The notes below the pieces were generated by a model. It was not told the origin of the DNA and did no database searches. It saw only the letters and a program-made list of their open reading frames with translations. DNA of 60,566 nucleotides, filler included. It is 4 parts of 4 records of this genome, joined end to end, with 100 filler letters (N's around TTAATTAATTAA, not from the genome) between each part and the next. Parts side by side here need not be neighbours in the genome. Positions count along the whole stretch, not along the records: positions 25,815 to 53,724 come from SRR20825019_2007; 3 more parts are not named here. One strand, written 5' to 3'. Positions 30,710 to 40,793 of this stretch are shown piece by piece; position 1 is the stretch's first letter, and each line of letters starts with the position of its first letter. The position numbers and the translations under genes are program-made.

Positions 30710-32698
30710 TTAATCGAGTTTGTATTGATCGAAGACCTTGACGCCGGACTCGAAGGTTTCGCCGGTTTTTCGGGCAGCTTTGGTCGCTTCCTTCTGCTCC
30801 TGATCGACCCAGAACATCCGGTATTCCTCGAAGGAAGTGGCGATCTTTACATTGCCGTCCTCGGGAATGTTTAACCAATTCCACGCGCCATGACGCATAT
30901 AGGGAATAACGAAACCGGGCGCGAAGGAGGCATCCTCGTAGATGAGCTCCTCCATTTTGTAGGCCATCTTTTTCATCTCTTCGAGATCGTCGGCACGATC
31001 ATAGGCATCGATGATTTGATCGAATTGATGGTCGGCAAAGATCTGTAGGTTATTGGTCTGCACCTTAACCTTGCGATCGGGATTGATGGAACCGTCTTCG
31101 AGGAAAGCTTTATCGTAGGCGTTGGCCGAGTGATTGGTTTCCCAATAGCGAGGGAACATTTCGGGGCCGACGTTGAAGGCGACAAACGCCATGTCGTGTT
31201 TCTTTTCCTGAACCTTTTTCCATGAAGCGGTGCGGTCGAGGATCTCGATGCGCAGATCGACACCCGCCTTGATCGCTTCTTCCTGCAGGATGGTCAGCAC
31301 GTCCTTATAATGCTCGTAGCCGGTCGTGACCTGAACGGAAAGACGCTGCCCTTGATCGTTAACGAGAATCCCGTCGGGACCGCGTTGGGTGAATCCGGCG
31401 CGGGTAAAGCGGTCGAGGGCTTTGTCGATTGAGTAGGTGCGGGCGCGCAGGGTGGGATGCGTGAAATCGCCGTAACCATCGGCACTGGTCTGCATGCGAC
31501 TCCAGTCGCCGCGTGAGAACTTGCTAATCACGAGTTCCCAGTTGAGGGCATATTGGATACCCGCGCGGATGTCGCGGTTGTCGAGGAGCGGTTTGCTCTC
31601 ATTCATCCACAGGCCGTAGGTGGGGCGGGGGATGTCGTTGTAGAATTTGATTTTCTGGATGTAGCCCTTGGCGACTTCGTCAGCATCGTCAGGCAGCTTG
31701 TCATACCAGTCTTCGGCGAGACGGAGATCGAAGAAATCGATATCGCCCTTGCGGAACGCTTCGAAAGCCTTGGCATTGTCGCGGATCACGATGAGACGGA
31801 TGCGATCGGGATTGTAGCGGTAACGGTAGTTTTTGAGATCCTTGGCCCACCACTCTTTGTTGCGACGCAGTGTGATCGAGCGACCCTTGTCGATATCCTT
31901 GTCACTGACGGTGTAGGGCCCGGTCGTGGGCGCGAAACGCCACTGATAGCGCTCGGGAAAATCATCACCGAGCTCGGTATAGAAATGCGATGGAGTGGGG
32001 ACGATTCCAAGTGCGAGCGAGTAGATGTCGGGACGAAGCTCGGGGAAATGCAGCGCAAAAGTGTGCTCATCGAAGCGCGTGACCCCGGTGTATTTCGTGC
32101 TGTAGAAATTGTTGGACCAGGGGGCTTGAATGTAGCTGCTGCGATAAAAGAAGAAGTTAAAGAACACATCGTCGGTGGTGATGGGTTCGCCGTCGGACCA
32201 GCGCGCTTCCGGATTGATGCGGATATAAACAGTCTTGTTGTCTCGATCGAGCGCCCACTCGGTGGCGAGACCGGGATAGTAATGAAAACCGTCCTTGGTC
32301 AGATCGGTGACATTGGGATGGCGGATCGCATAGGTCATGACATTGTCGTCCAGAATCCACGGGCGGAAGCTGCCATTGGCGTCAGGCCCGACGATGCGGA
32401 GCGTGCGTGGAAAGTCCTGAATCCAGTAGTTGACGGTGCCGCCCTTTTGGGCGTTGGGCGAACCGATCTCGGGAAGATCACCGCCATTGTCCCAGTTTAG
32501 ATCGGCGGGGATATCCGCGGGAGTCTTAACGTGAAAGAATTCCGGGTTCGCGTCGTAGAACGCCTGAGCTTCATCCAGGACGCGGGTATCGTTGACAGTG
32601 GTTTCGACGACTTCTTTTTTTCCGCAGCCGCTCAGGATGATTAGAGCCGAGCCGCAGAGAAGTCCGAAGGTGAGACGGAGATTTTTCAGAGGTTGCAT
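30710..32698 (-). CDS. Family 5 solute-binding lipoprotein (YejA-like)
   Basis: Lipobox LSGC, ARWSDGEPIT, TTGPY; start moved to MQPLKN. Confidence 0.88.
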   Translation of the reverse strand: MQPLKNLRLTFGLLCGSALIILSGCGKKEVVETTVNDTRVLDEAQAFYDANPEFFHVKTPADIPADLNWDNGGDLPEIGSPNAQKGGTVNYWIQDFPRTLRIVGPDANGSFRPWILDDNVMTYAIRHPNVTDLTKDGFHYYPGLATEWALDRDNKTVYIRINPEARWSDGEPITTDDVFFNFFFYRSSYIQAPWSNNFYSTKYTGVTRFDEHTFALHFPELRPDIYSLALGIVPTPSHFYTELGDDFPERYQWRFAPTTGPYTVSDKDIDKGRSITLRRNKEWWAKDLKNYRYRYNPDRIRLIVIRDNAKAFEAFRKGDIDFFDLRLAEDWYDKLPDDADEVAKGYIQKIKFYNDIPRPTYGLWMNESKPLLDNRDIRAGIQYALNWELVISKFSRGDWSRMQTSADGYGDFTHPTLRARTYSIDKALDRFTRAGFTQRGPDGILVNDQGQRLSVQVTTGYEHYKDVLTILQEEAIKAGVDLRIEILDRTASWKKVQEKKHDMAFVAFNVGPEMFPRYWETNHSANAYDKAFLEDGSINPDRKVKVQTNNLQIFADHQFDQIIDAYDRADDLEEMKKMAYKMEELIYEDASFAPGFVIPYMRHGAWNWLNIPEDGNVKIATSFEEYRMFWVDQEQKEATKAARKTGETFESGVKVFDQYKLD

Positions 32699-32703
32699 AA
32701 AGT

Positions 32704-33777
32704 CTATTGGTAAGTGGTGAATTTTTTGGGATCGAAAGCCTCGCGCACGGCTTCGCCAATGAAGGTGACGAGGATGAGAATGAAAACGAGAGCAGCGAAC
32801 GCACTGCCGACGATCCACGGTGCGGTCGTGAGGGTCTGGGTGCCTTGCTTGAGTAACTCACCCATACTTGGAGTGGGTGGGGGCAGGCCGAAGCCGAGAA
32901 AATCCAGCGCCGTGATTGCGGTGATCGCTGAGACGATCGTAAAGGGCATGAAGGTGACGACGGTGGAAATCGTGTTGGGCAGGATGTGATTGAAAATGAT
33001 CCGACCCGGTCCCGCGCCGAGCACGACGGCGGCCGCAGTGTAGTCACGGGCCTTTTCGCGATAGGTCGCGGTGCGCATGTAGTAAGTCATTGAAGTCCAT
33101 GAGAAAAGCACCATGACGATGAGGAGCATGCCGATGCGCGCGGGGATGCTGAAAGTCGAGGGGATCACCGAGAAGAGGATGATCACGATGTAGAGGAAGG
33201 GAATGTTGGACCACACTTCGATCAGGCGTTGCACGATCAGATCGAAGATGCCGCCGTAGTAGCCCATCAGGCAACCGACGGTGATTCCGATCAGGTAGGT
33301 GAGCGCCATGAAGGCGAGGGAGAAGAAGATCGCGATGCGAAAGCCGTAGAAGAGTCGTGCCAGGATGTCACGTCCGGTGGTGTCGGTGCCGAGCCAATGT
33401 CCGGCCGGGCCATCGAGCCAGGAAGGCGGGGCGGGTTTGAAAACACCTTCGTAGGGTGTGTTTTCATTCGGGCTGAACGGCACGAGTGTGCGCCACATCC
33501 AATCACCCTGATCCTCGCGCTGAAACTTTTCGTAGAGGTCGCCGTAGTTGGTTTCGTAGGAGTAGCCGAGGTCGAAGGTGTCGCCGGGGAGATTGGCCCC
33601 GTAGGTGGGGAAATACCATGCGCCCTGATAGCTGACGATCAGTGGGCGGTTGTTAACGACCATTTCCCCGAAAAGCGAAACGACAATCAGGACCATAAGC
33701 ACGACAAACGAATAGTAGCCGCGCTTGATGGAGCGGAAACGCTTGAGCTTGCGGACGGTGAGAGGATTGAGAGCCAT
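32704..33777 (-). CDS. Peptide ABC permease (YejE/OppC-like)
   Basis: RFRSIKRGYYS, HWLGTDTTGRDILARL, HILPN, LDFLGFGLP. Confidence 0.9.
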   Translation of the reverse strand: MALNPLTVRKLKRFRSIKRGYYSFVVLMVLIVVSLFGEMVVNNRPLIVSYQGAWYFPTYGANLPGDTFDLGYSYETNYGDLYEKFQREDQGDWMWRTLVPFSPNENTPYEGVFKPAPPSWLDGPAGHWLGTDTTGRDILARLFYGFRIAIFFSLAFMALTYLIGITVGCLMGYYGGIFDLIVQRLIEVWSNIPFLYIVIILFSVIPSTFSIPARIGMLLIVMVLFSWTSMTYYMRTATYREKARDYTAAAVVLGAGPGRIIFNHILPNTISTVVTFMPFTIVSAITAITALDFLGFGLPPPTPSMGELLKQGTQTLTTAPWIVGSAFAALVFILILVTFIGEAVREAFDPKKFTTYQ

Positions 33778-33833
33778 CGCGAATCAGTTGCCAGTAAACC
33801 GGTGGATAAAAAAGTTTCTGAGTTTTCTTCCGC

Positions 33834-33927
33834 TGTCATTCTGAGCGAAGTGAAGAATCCACTTAGATTCGCTTTGTCTATCGAATGGGTGGCACTGACT
33901 GGATCCTTCACTTTGTTCAGGATGACA
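33834..33927. repeat. REP-like long palindromic element inside the ABC operon
   Basis: 28-nt arms TGTCATTCTGAGCGAAGTGAAGAATCCA / TGGATCCTTCACTTTGTTCAGGATGACA, 24 of 28 complementary. Confidence 0.8.
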
Positions 33928-33956
33928 AGGCAGGGCGTGATTTGGAGAGAACAGGC

Positions 33957-34976
33957 TCATTTGAAGCGAATGCGCGGATCGATCATGGCGACGAGCGCGT
34001 CGGAAAGAATGTTGCCGAGTAGCAGGAGGAGACTGGCGAGAAAGATGATGCCCATGACCACGGGATAATCGCGATCAAAGATCGAGGTGAGCCCGAGGAG
34101 GCCGAAGCCGTTGATGTCAAAAATGGTTTCGATGAGGAATGAACCAGAGACGAGCAGGGTGATGTTTTGTCCGAAAGTGGTGGCAATGGGGATGAGGGAA
34201 TTGCGCAGGGCGTGACGCATGACGGCTTGCCGGAAGGAGACGCCCTTGGCGATGGCAGTGCGAATATAGTCGGCCGCGAGGTTATCCATCAGGTGATTCT
34301 TCATCAGCAGGGTGGTGACGGCGAAGCTCCCGACGAGATAACATATCAGCGGCAAGACGGAATGATTGAGCAAATCGAGGGCTTTGCCTCCGAAGGTGAG
34401 GTCTTCGAATTCGTAGCTCGTAAATCCACCCATCGGAAACCATTCGAGGCGCGCGGCGAAAAACAGGAGGAGCAAGGCACCCAACACATAACCGGGCACG
34501 GCATAGCCCATGAAGATAAAGATGGATGAAACGTTATCGACGACGGTCCGGTGCTTGATCGCCTTGAGAATACCGAGCGGAATGGAGATCGCATAGGTAA
34601 AGAACAACGTGATCAGACCGTAGTAGAGCGAAACCGGGAACCGGTCGCGGATGATGTTCCAGACCGGTTCGTTATAGCGGTATGACTTCCCCAGATCGCC
34701 CTGCACGACTTTCAGAATCCAGTGTCCGTAGCTCACGAGGGCGGGTTTATCGAAACCGTAGTAGGCTTTGAGCTGCTCGAGTTGTTCCTCGGAGAGCGCC
34801 ATGTTTTGTCCACCGCCTGAAGTGCGGCTGGAGGCCATGTCGGCCTGTTGGGATTCCGCGATGGCTCGTTCCAAAGGCCCCCCGGGAACGACACGGGTAA
34901 TCAGAAAAACGATTAGCGTGATACCGAGGAGAGTGGGTGGAATCAGGAGAAAGCGGCGGATAAAGTAATCCCGCAT
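33957..34976 (-). CDS. Peptide ABC permease (YejB/OppB-like)
   Basis: YFIRRFLLIPPTL, PGGPLE, YGFDKP, YIRTAIAKG, RDYPVVMG, DPRIRF. Confidence 0.92.
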   Translation of the reverse strand: MRDYFIRRFLLIPPTLLGITLIVFLITRVVPGGPLERAIAESQQADMASSRTSGGGQNMALSEEQLEQLKAYYGFDKPALVSYGHWILKVVQGDLGKSYRYNEPVWNIIRDRFPVSLYYGLITLFFTYAISIPLGILKAIKHRTVVDNVSSIFIFMGYAVPGYVLGALLLLFFAARLEWFPMGGFTSYEFEDLTFGGKALDLLNHSVLPLICYLVGSFAVTTLLMKNHLMDNLAADYIRTAIAKGVSFRQAVMRHALRNSLIPIATTFGQNITLLVSGSFLIETIFDINGFGLLGLTSIFDRDYPVVMGIIFLASLLLLLGNILSDALVAMIDPRIRFK

Positions 34977-35277
34977 AGAGAAAACAGACTTAAGGTAGTT
35001 GTGACCAAACTGACCGGCTCAGTTGTAGTTGTGGGGTCGTTGTTGTGGAACGTGTCAAAATGTCATAATGACACGTCTCCACGTCAACAACACAAGCCCA
35101 GCGAGTCAGGTTACGCGATAAGTAGTAAAGGTTTCCCTGCGTTTATCTGAAATTTGCCGAGAAAATGACGGGAATCCGCACTCAGGTGATCCGCGTCGCC
35201 ATCAGATTCCCTTTTTCCAGAGGGAGCATTTTGGTGAGAAAATCGAGAGCGGCCTCCATCCCGTCCGCCCGCTTGAA

Positions 35278-37443
35278 CTACGAGCTCGCCGGAGGCAGCG
35301 GGATCGGGGTGTCTGCTTGTTTCAGTGCCTCAGCTCGCTTCAAGGCATTGGCGATGAAGTAATCGTGGGCGGAGAAACCGAGTTCACTTTCGCTCTTGGG
35401 TGGCGGTAAGTAAGCGCCATTGGCGTGAAGCATGCGGGAGTTCTCGTTATCTTTCCGTTCGGTTGGTAATAATTCCTTCATGATCCAACTGCGAAGTTCA
35501 GGGTCTTCCACGGGGAAGAGCACTTCGATGCGACGGAAAAAATTGCGCGACATCCAATCGGCACTGCCCGCGTAAATGAGAGGCTGGGCGCGCGTGCTGC
35601 TTTGAAAATAAAACACGCGGGCATGCTCGAGGAATCGACCGACGACGCTGCGCACCCGAATGTTTTCACTGAGGCCCTTAACGCCGGGCACGAGACAGCA
35701 AATCCCGCGAATGATCAGATAGATTTTTACGCCTGCCCGCGATGCCGCATAGAGGCTGTCGATTGTGGTTTTATCCACGAGTGAGTTCATCTTGGCGATG
35801 ATGCGGGCGGGTTTGCCGGCGGCGGCATTGCGTGCTTCGCGGGCGATGAGTTCGTTGATCCGTCGGTGCAGGTTAAACGGAGCGACCAGGAGGTGGCGGA
35901 AGGTGGGCGAACGTCCGAACCCGGTGAGGGTGTTAAAGACGTGCGCGATTTCGTTGGTGAGCTTGGCCTTGGAAGTGAAGCAGCTTAGGTCGGTATAAAG
36001 TTTGGCGGTCCGTGGATTGTAATTCCCGGTGCCCATATGGGCGTAGTGTTTCATCCGCTTACCCTCGCGGCGCACCACGAGGCAGAGTTTGCAGTGGGTC
36101 TTGTGTCCCACGAGACCGTAAACGACATGCACGCCGGCTTCCTCGAGCTGGCGGGCCCACTGGATATTGTTGGCTTCGTCGAAACGCGCCTTCAGTTCCA
36201 CAAGCGCGGTCACTTGTTTGCCATTGCGGGAGGCTTCGATCAACGCGCGCACAATGGGCGAATCCCCGCTGGTGCGGTAGAGCGTTTGTTTGATGGCGAA
36301 GACCTGCGGGTCACGTGCGGCCTGTTCGACAAAATCGACGACGGGAGTGAACGCATCATAAGGATGATGGAGCATCACATCCTGGCGGCGGATCGTTTCG
36401 AAAATCTTGGTGGGCTCGCGGAGCACCGACGTGTTCACCGGAACAAACGTCGGATATTTCAGGTCAGGCCGATCGATGTCGGCGAGACTCATCAGGCGCA
36501 GCAGATTGAGCGGGCCGTTGAGACGGAAGACGTATTCCTGGGATAGTTCGAGATGATCGCAGAGATTTTCGAATATACTGTCGTGGACGTCGGATTCAAT
36601 TTCGAGGCGCACGGCGGCTCCCCGACGAAGATTACGCAGCTCTTCTTCGATTTTTTTGAGCAGATTTTCCGCTTCTTCCTCATCGATATAGAGGTCGCTG
36701 TTGCGCGTGACGCGGAATGAGTAGGCTCCAAATACTTTGTAGCCGGGGAAGAGGTCGCCCGCGCAAAGCTTGATGATCTCACTCAGAAAGAGATAACGCT
36801 GCGGGCCGTTTTTCGATGGGGCGATGGCGACGAGGCGTGGCAGGATGCGCGGGACCGGGAGGATCGCCATGAGATGCTCGATTTCCGGCGTATCGGGATT
36901 GTCGAGCGAGACGGCGACATTGAGTGTCTTGTTGCCGAGCTGGGGAAAGGGATGAGACTGGTCGAGTGCCAGCGGAGTGAGCACCGGATAGACCTGTTCC
37001 TGGAAATAAGTGCGAATCCACGCCAATTCGGATCGGGTCAGATCCTTGCCCGAACGGATCAGAATGTTTTGTTCAGCGAGGGCGGGAACGACTTGCTGCT
37101 GCCAGCAATCGTATTGATCGGATACGAGTGAAGCGACGATCGAGTGGATCCGGCGAAGTTGTTCCTGTGGACCGAGCCCATCGATGCCGGGTTCGGAAAT
37201 GCCGGAGTCCACCTGCTGCATGAGACCGGCGACGCGAATCTCGAAAAACTCGTCGAGATTGGAGCTGACGATGGCGAGAAACTTGACGCGTTCCAGCAGT
37301 GGATGGCGGTCGCTTTGCGCCTGCTCCAATACCCGGCGATTGAAGGCCAGCCAGGACAACTCGCGGTTGAAATAAGCGGTGCGGACGGGTTGCTCGGAAG
37401 AAGCGGTTTTGGTGGAAGTGGGCTTGCGGGAACTCTTGGCCAT
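35278..37443 (-). CDS. ppk1: Polyphosphate kinase 1
   Basis: [56 protein letters not shown]. Confidence 0.97.
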   Translation of the reverse strand: MAKSSRKPTSTKTASSEQPVRTAYFNRELSWLAFNRRVLEQAQSDRHPLLERVKFLAIVSSNLDEFFEIRVAGLMQQVDSGISEPGIDGLGPQEQLRRIHSIVASLVSDQYDCWQQQVVPALAEQNILIRSGKDLTRSELAWIRTYFQEQVYPVLTPLALDQSHPFPQLGNKTLNVAVSLDNPDTPEIEHLMAILPVPRILPRLVAIAPSKNGPQRYLFLSEIIKLCAGDLFPGYKVFGAYSFRVTRNSDLYIDEEEAENLLKKIEEELRNLRRGAAVRLEIESDVHDSIFENLCDHLELSQEYVFRLNGPLNLLRLMSLADIDRPDLKYPTFVPVNTSVLREPTKIFETIRRQDVMLHHPYDAFTPVVDFVEQAARDPQVFAIKQTLYRTSGDSPIVRALIEASRNGKQVTALVELKARFDEANNIQWARQLEEAGVHVVYGLVGHKTHCKLCLVVRREGKRMKHYAHMGTGNYNPRTAKLYTDLSCFTSKAKLTNEIAHVFNTLTGFGRSPTFRHLLVAPFNLHRRINELIAREARNAAAGKPARIIAKMNSLVDKTTIDSLYAASRAGVKIYLIIRGICCLVPGVKGLSENIRVRSVVGRFLEHARVFYFQSSTRAQPLIYAGSADWMSRNFFRRIEVLFPVEDPELRSWIMKELLPTERKDNENSRMLHANGAYLPPPKSESELGFSAHDYFIANALKRAEALKQADTPIPLPPASS

Positions 37444-37551
37444 AGGGCGAAGAGTTCACCCTATGACACAGTCTTGTTTTCGCCAGTATATATTGGCGTG
37501 CCACGAGATTGTAACAACACGATGCGGTAATCGATAGACTTTGGAAACGCG

Positions 37552-38475
37552 CTAGAGGGACAGGATTCGTGACCAGACGGTGCGGACGGCGGCGGATTTT
37601 TTGACACCCCAGACGACCCGGTGCGGGCCCTTCGGATCGGGAATGAAATGGGTGTGTGCGAAGGTGTCGGGCGCGCAGGACACGCTCACGCGTCCACGAC
37701 GCCATTCAAACCAATGGGGATGCGTGAGCACCGCGACCGCCATTGGATCGAACAGGTGGGGCATCTGATGGATCGTCTTGAATTTACGCCAAAGCTTGAT
37801 CGCGCGGGTGAGGAGACGCCCTGTTTGAGTGCGGGATGCGAACAGACGATCCACCTGAGTGTCATTCACGGTGCAGATCATCCCGATATCCCAAGGGATG
37901 AAGTCGATGGTCAGGGCGCTATCGACTACACAGGCGGCGGCCAGCGGGTCGCAGTGGATATTCCATTCCCACATGGTTTGCTTGAATTCACCCGCCATCA
38001 CGACGAGACGCGGAATCGTGCGGGCAGCTTCCGGCTCTGCAAGCAGGAGGGTGGCGATATTGGTTAACGGTCCGATTGCGACAGGCGTGGTCTGGCCGGA
38101 GTGCTCGAGAAGGTGCTCGGCGAGGTGTTTGACGGCGTGGGTTTTGGTCAGTTTGGGCAGCCGCGAGCTCTCGCGGGAGCACGGACCTTGGGCAATTGGT
38201 TCACGCGACATTGGACCATTGGGCAAGACTTCGGGAATCCCCGTGCCGAGCAGGGGATGGCCGCACCCTGCACTCACGGGCACCTCACTGCGTCCATTGA
38301 TTTGGAGAATGGTTTGGGCGAGCCGCGCGCGCTGTTCGGTTTCTCCGAAGACCGTGCTGACTCCCGCCAGGTCGAGCTCGGGGCTGGCGAGGATCAACGC
38401 GAGCGCGAGAATGTCGTCGGTATCATCGCCGATATCGGTATCGAGCCAGAGGGATTGACGGGGAGACTTAGACAC
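37552..38475 (-). CDS. Nucleoside hydrolase family protein
   Basis: LDTDIGDDTDD, GPLTNIA, MAG, EWNIHCDP, LFDP. Confidence 0.88.
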   Translation of the reverse strand: MSKSPRQSLWLDTDIGDDTDDILALALILASPELDLAGVSTVFGETEQRARLAQTILQINGRSEVPVSAGCGHPLLGTGIPEVLPNGPMSREPIAQGPCSRESSRLPKLTKTHAVKHLAEHLLEHSGQTTPVAIGPLTNIATLLLAEPEAARTIPRLVVMAGEFKQTMWEWNIHCDPLAAACVVDSALTIDFIPWDIGMICTVNDTQVDRLFASRTQTGRLLTRAIKLWRKFKTIHQMPHLFDPMAVAVLTHPHWFEWRRGRVSVSCAPDTFAHTHFIPDPKGPHRVVWGVKKSAAVRTVWSRILSL

Positions 38476-39319
38476 CGGCCTGATGATTCATGTCTTGGGC
38501 CCAAGGACCGATTTGATAATGGGCGTTGCCGTATTCGTGGGGAGTCTGACGTGGTAGAAACCACGATCCGGGTTCGCAGCGCACGGTGCCATGGCGTCGA
38601 CCTGCGACCACGAGGCCGGTGTCCTCAAAGATTTTCCCGCCGAGTTGGAGGGCATCGTCGGTGCGATAGGAGAAGACGACTCCGCGGCGTGGTTGCCCCG
38701 AAAGATTCGGAGGCGAACCGTGCAAAGTCATGCAATGATGAATGCTGATCGCGCCGGCCTTGGGAGTGATCGCTACGACGTTATCGGGGTGGTCTTCCCA
38801 ATGCTCTTTGGCGCGACACTGTCCGTCGAAGATACCATTGGCATCGCTGTGATTGAGCGCGCCGAGTCGCTGGCTCCCACGCACCATCGACATGCAACCG
38901 TTTTCCGGGGTCGCGTCGTCGAGATAGACAAATACTGAAAGCAGCGAGGTGTTGGAATGCGGGTAGAACAACATGTCCTGATGCCAACCAAATGCCCCGG
39001 TGCCTTTGGCCACTGATTTGGTGGCGAGCTTGGAATGCTGGAGTTGCACGTCCGGTCCGAGTAGAGAAGTGATCGCGCCGACGATGCGCTGATCGCGTGC
39101 CAGATCGAGAAATGCCGGGTGCCGTTGGGTGAGTTCCAGTAGATGGACGGTCTTATGCGCAAAACCTTCGGCGTTGAGGGCATCCTGGATCGCGGGCGAG
39201 GCCTCCGCCTCCCGCAACGTTTCGACCTCGGCGGAAGTCAGGAAATCATCGAGCACGATGAAGCCGTCCTCGCGATAGGTTTTGATTTGCGACTCGTTTA
39301 ACGAATGTGGGGTAGACAT
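38468..39319 (-). CDS. PhyH-family Fe(II)/2OG dioxygenase
   Basis: YREDGFIVL, WHQD, LDDATPENGCM, TLHGSPPN..PRR. Confidence 0.9.
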   Translation of the reverse strand: MSTPHSLNESQIKTYREDGFIVLDDFLTSAEVETLREAEASPAIQDALNAEGFAHKTVHLLELTQRHPAFLDLARDQRIVGAITSLLGPDVQLQHSKLATKSVAKGTGAFGWHQDMLFYPHSNTSLLSVFVYLDDATPENGCMSMVRGSQRLGALNHSDANGIFDGQCRAKEHWEDHPDNVVAITPKAGAISIHHCMTLHGSPPNLSGQPRRGVVFSYRTDDALQLGGKIFEDTGLVVAGRRHGTVRCEPGSWFLPRQTPHEYGNAHYQIGPWAQDMNHQAGV

Positions 39320-39367
39320 GGGGTCGCCCAAAGTCAGGTCGTGTCGCGATGACGAAGCAAGCCTGCC

Positions 39368-40732
39368 TTAGCTCACCCAGAGTGTTTTGGTATTCATAAA
39401 GGCGCGGAGTCCCGGCAGTCCCAGTTCGCGTCCGTAGCCGCTTTGTTTGATCCCGCCAAACGGGAGGGTGGGGTCGGACTTGACGGATTCATTGACGAAG
39501 ACCATGCCCGCATCGATTTCCGGTGAGAGCTCACGCGCGTGGCGTCGGTTCTTTGTAAAGAGTGCCGCCCCCAAGCCATACGGCGTGTCGTTGGCGACGG
39601 CGATTGCCTCGGTTTCATCCTTTACCCCGATGACTGCGGCCACGGGGCCAAACATTTCTTCGTCATAGGCGGGCATGCCCTTCTGAACGCGGGTCAACAC
39701 GGTGGGGGGATAATACCAGCCATCCTGTTTGGGGACTTTGCCGCCGAGCAGGAGCTTGGCTCCGCGGCGCACACTTTTAGTGACTTGGGCATGGAGCTCA
39801 TCGCGTAAATCGTGTCGCGCCATCGGACCGACTTGGGTGGCTTCGTCTTCGGGATCGCCGACCCGCTGAGCGGCCATCGCCGTGACGAGTTTCTTTTGAA
39901 ACGCCGCCCGGACTTTGTTGATGACGATAAATCGCTTCGCACTCACGCAACTCTGCCCCGAATTCACGAGACGCGAGGACGCGCATACTTCGGCGGCATG
40001 ATCGAGGTCGGCATCTTCCAAAAGAATATAGGGATCGCTGCCGCCGAGTTCGAATACGGTGGGCTTAAGCGCTGCTCCGGCGATCGCGGCGACCTTGCGT
40101 CCCGCTTCCGTGCTTCCCGTCATGGTGACTCCATGGATCCGGGGATCCTTGATGATCGCTTCAATGTTTTTCGACGGAATCAGCAGCGTGTGGAAGAGAC
40201 CTTCCGGCACGGCGGCATCATGAAAGATCTGTTCGATGGCCAGAGCGCAGCCGGAGACATTGGACGAATGTTTCATGACCATCGTGTTGCCCGCCATCAA
40301 CGCAGGGGCCGCGGCACGGAAGACCTGCCAGAATGGAAAGTTCCAGGGCATGATCGCGAGGATCGTGCCGAGCGGCTCGTAGTTCACCCGGGCTTGTTTG
40401 GGTGCAGCCGAGGGATGTTCCGTCGCGAGAAAATCGGCGCCGTGCCGAGCGTAGAAGTCGCAGACCTTGGCACATTTTTCGATTTCGGCACGGGATTGAG
40501 TGATCGGCTTGCCCACTTCGGCGGTGATGAGTCCGGCGAGATCGTCGCGTTGTGAGCGTAGACTCTTGGCGAGCGCCCTCAGATGTTTCGCGCGGTTGCG
40601 CGGAGAAAGTTCGCGCCATCCGAGGAAAGCGGAGTGGCTTTGTTTGAGGGCCGCCTCGATCTGCACCGAGGTGTGCGAACCATAAATATGAATCCGCTGC
40701 CCAGTGGCGGGGTTGATCGAAATCAGGGACAT
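39368..40732 (-). CDS. NAD(P)-dependent aldehyde dehydrogenase, succinate-semialdehyde dehydrogenase (Sad/GabD1) type
   Basis: IMPWNFPFWQ, TGSTEAG, ELGGSDP, NSGQSC, EEMFGPV, PFGGIKQSGYGREL. Confidence 0.9.
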   Translation of the reverse strand: MSLISINPATGQRIHIYGSHTSVQIEAALKQSHSAFLGWRELSPRNRAKHLRALAKSLRSQRDDLAGLITAEVGKPITQSRAEIEKCAKVCDFYARHGADFLATEHPSAAPKQARVNYEPLGTILAIMPWNFPFWQVFRAAAPALMAGNTMVMKHSSNVSGCALAIEQIFHDAAVPEGLFHTLLIPSKNIEAIIKDPRIHGVTMTGSTEAGRKVAAIAGAALKPTVFELGGSDPYILLEDADLDHAAEVCASSRLVNSGQSCVSAKRFIVINKVRAAFQKKLVTAMAAQRVGDPEDEATQVGPMARHDLRDELHAQVTKSVRRGAKLLLGGKVPKQDGWYYPPTVLTRVQKGMPAYDEEMFGPVAAVIGVKDETEAIAVANDTPYGLGAALFTKNRRHARELSPEIDAGMVFVNESVKSDPTLPFGGIKQSGYGRELGLPGLRAFMNTKTLWVS

Positions 40733-40793
40733 GATTACAGCATGACTCGTTTTGACAACTTCGCCACCTGTAATTGCAATGATTCAATCGCTA

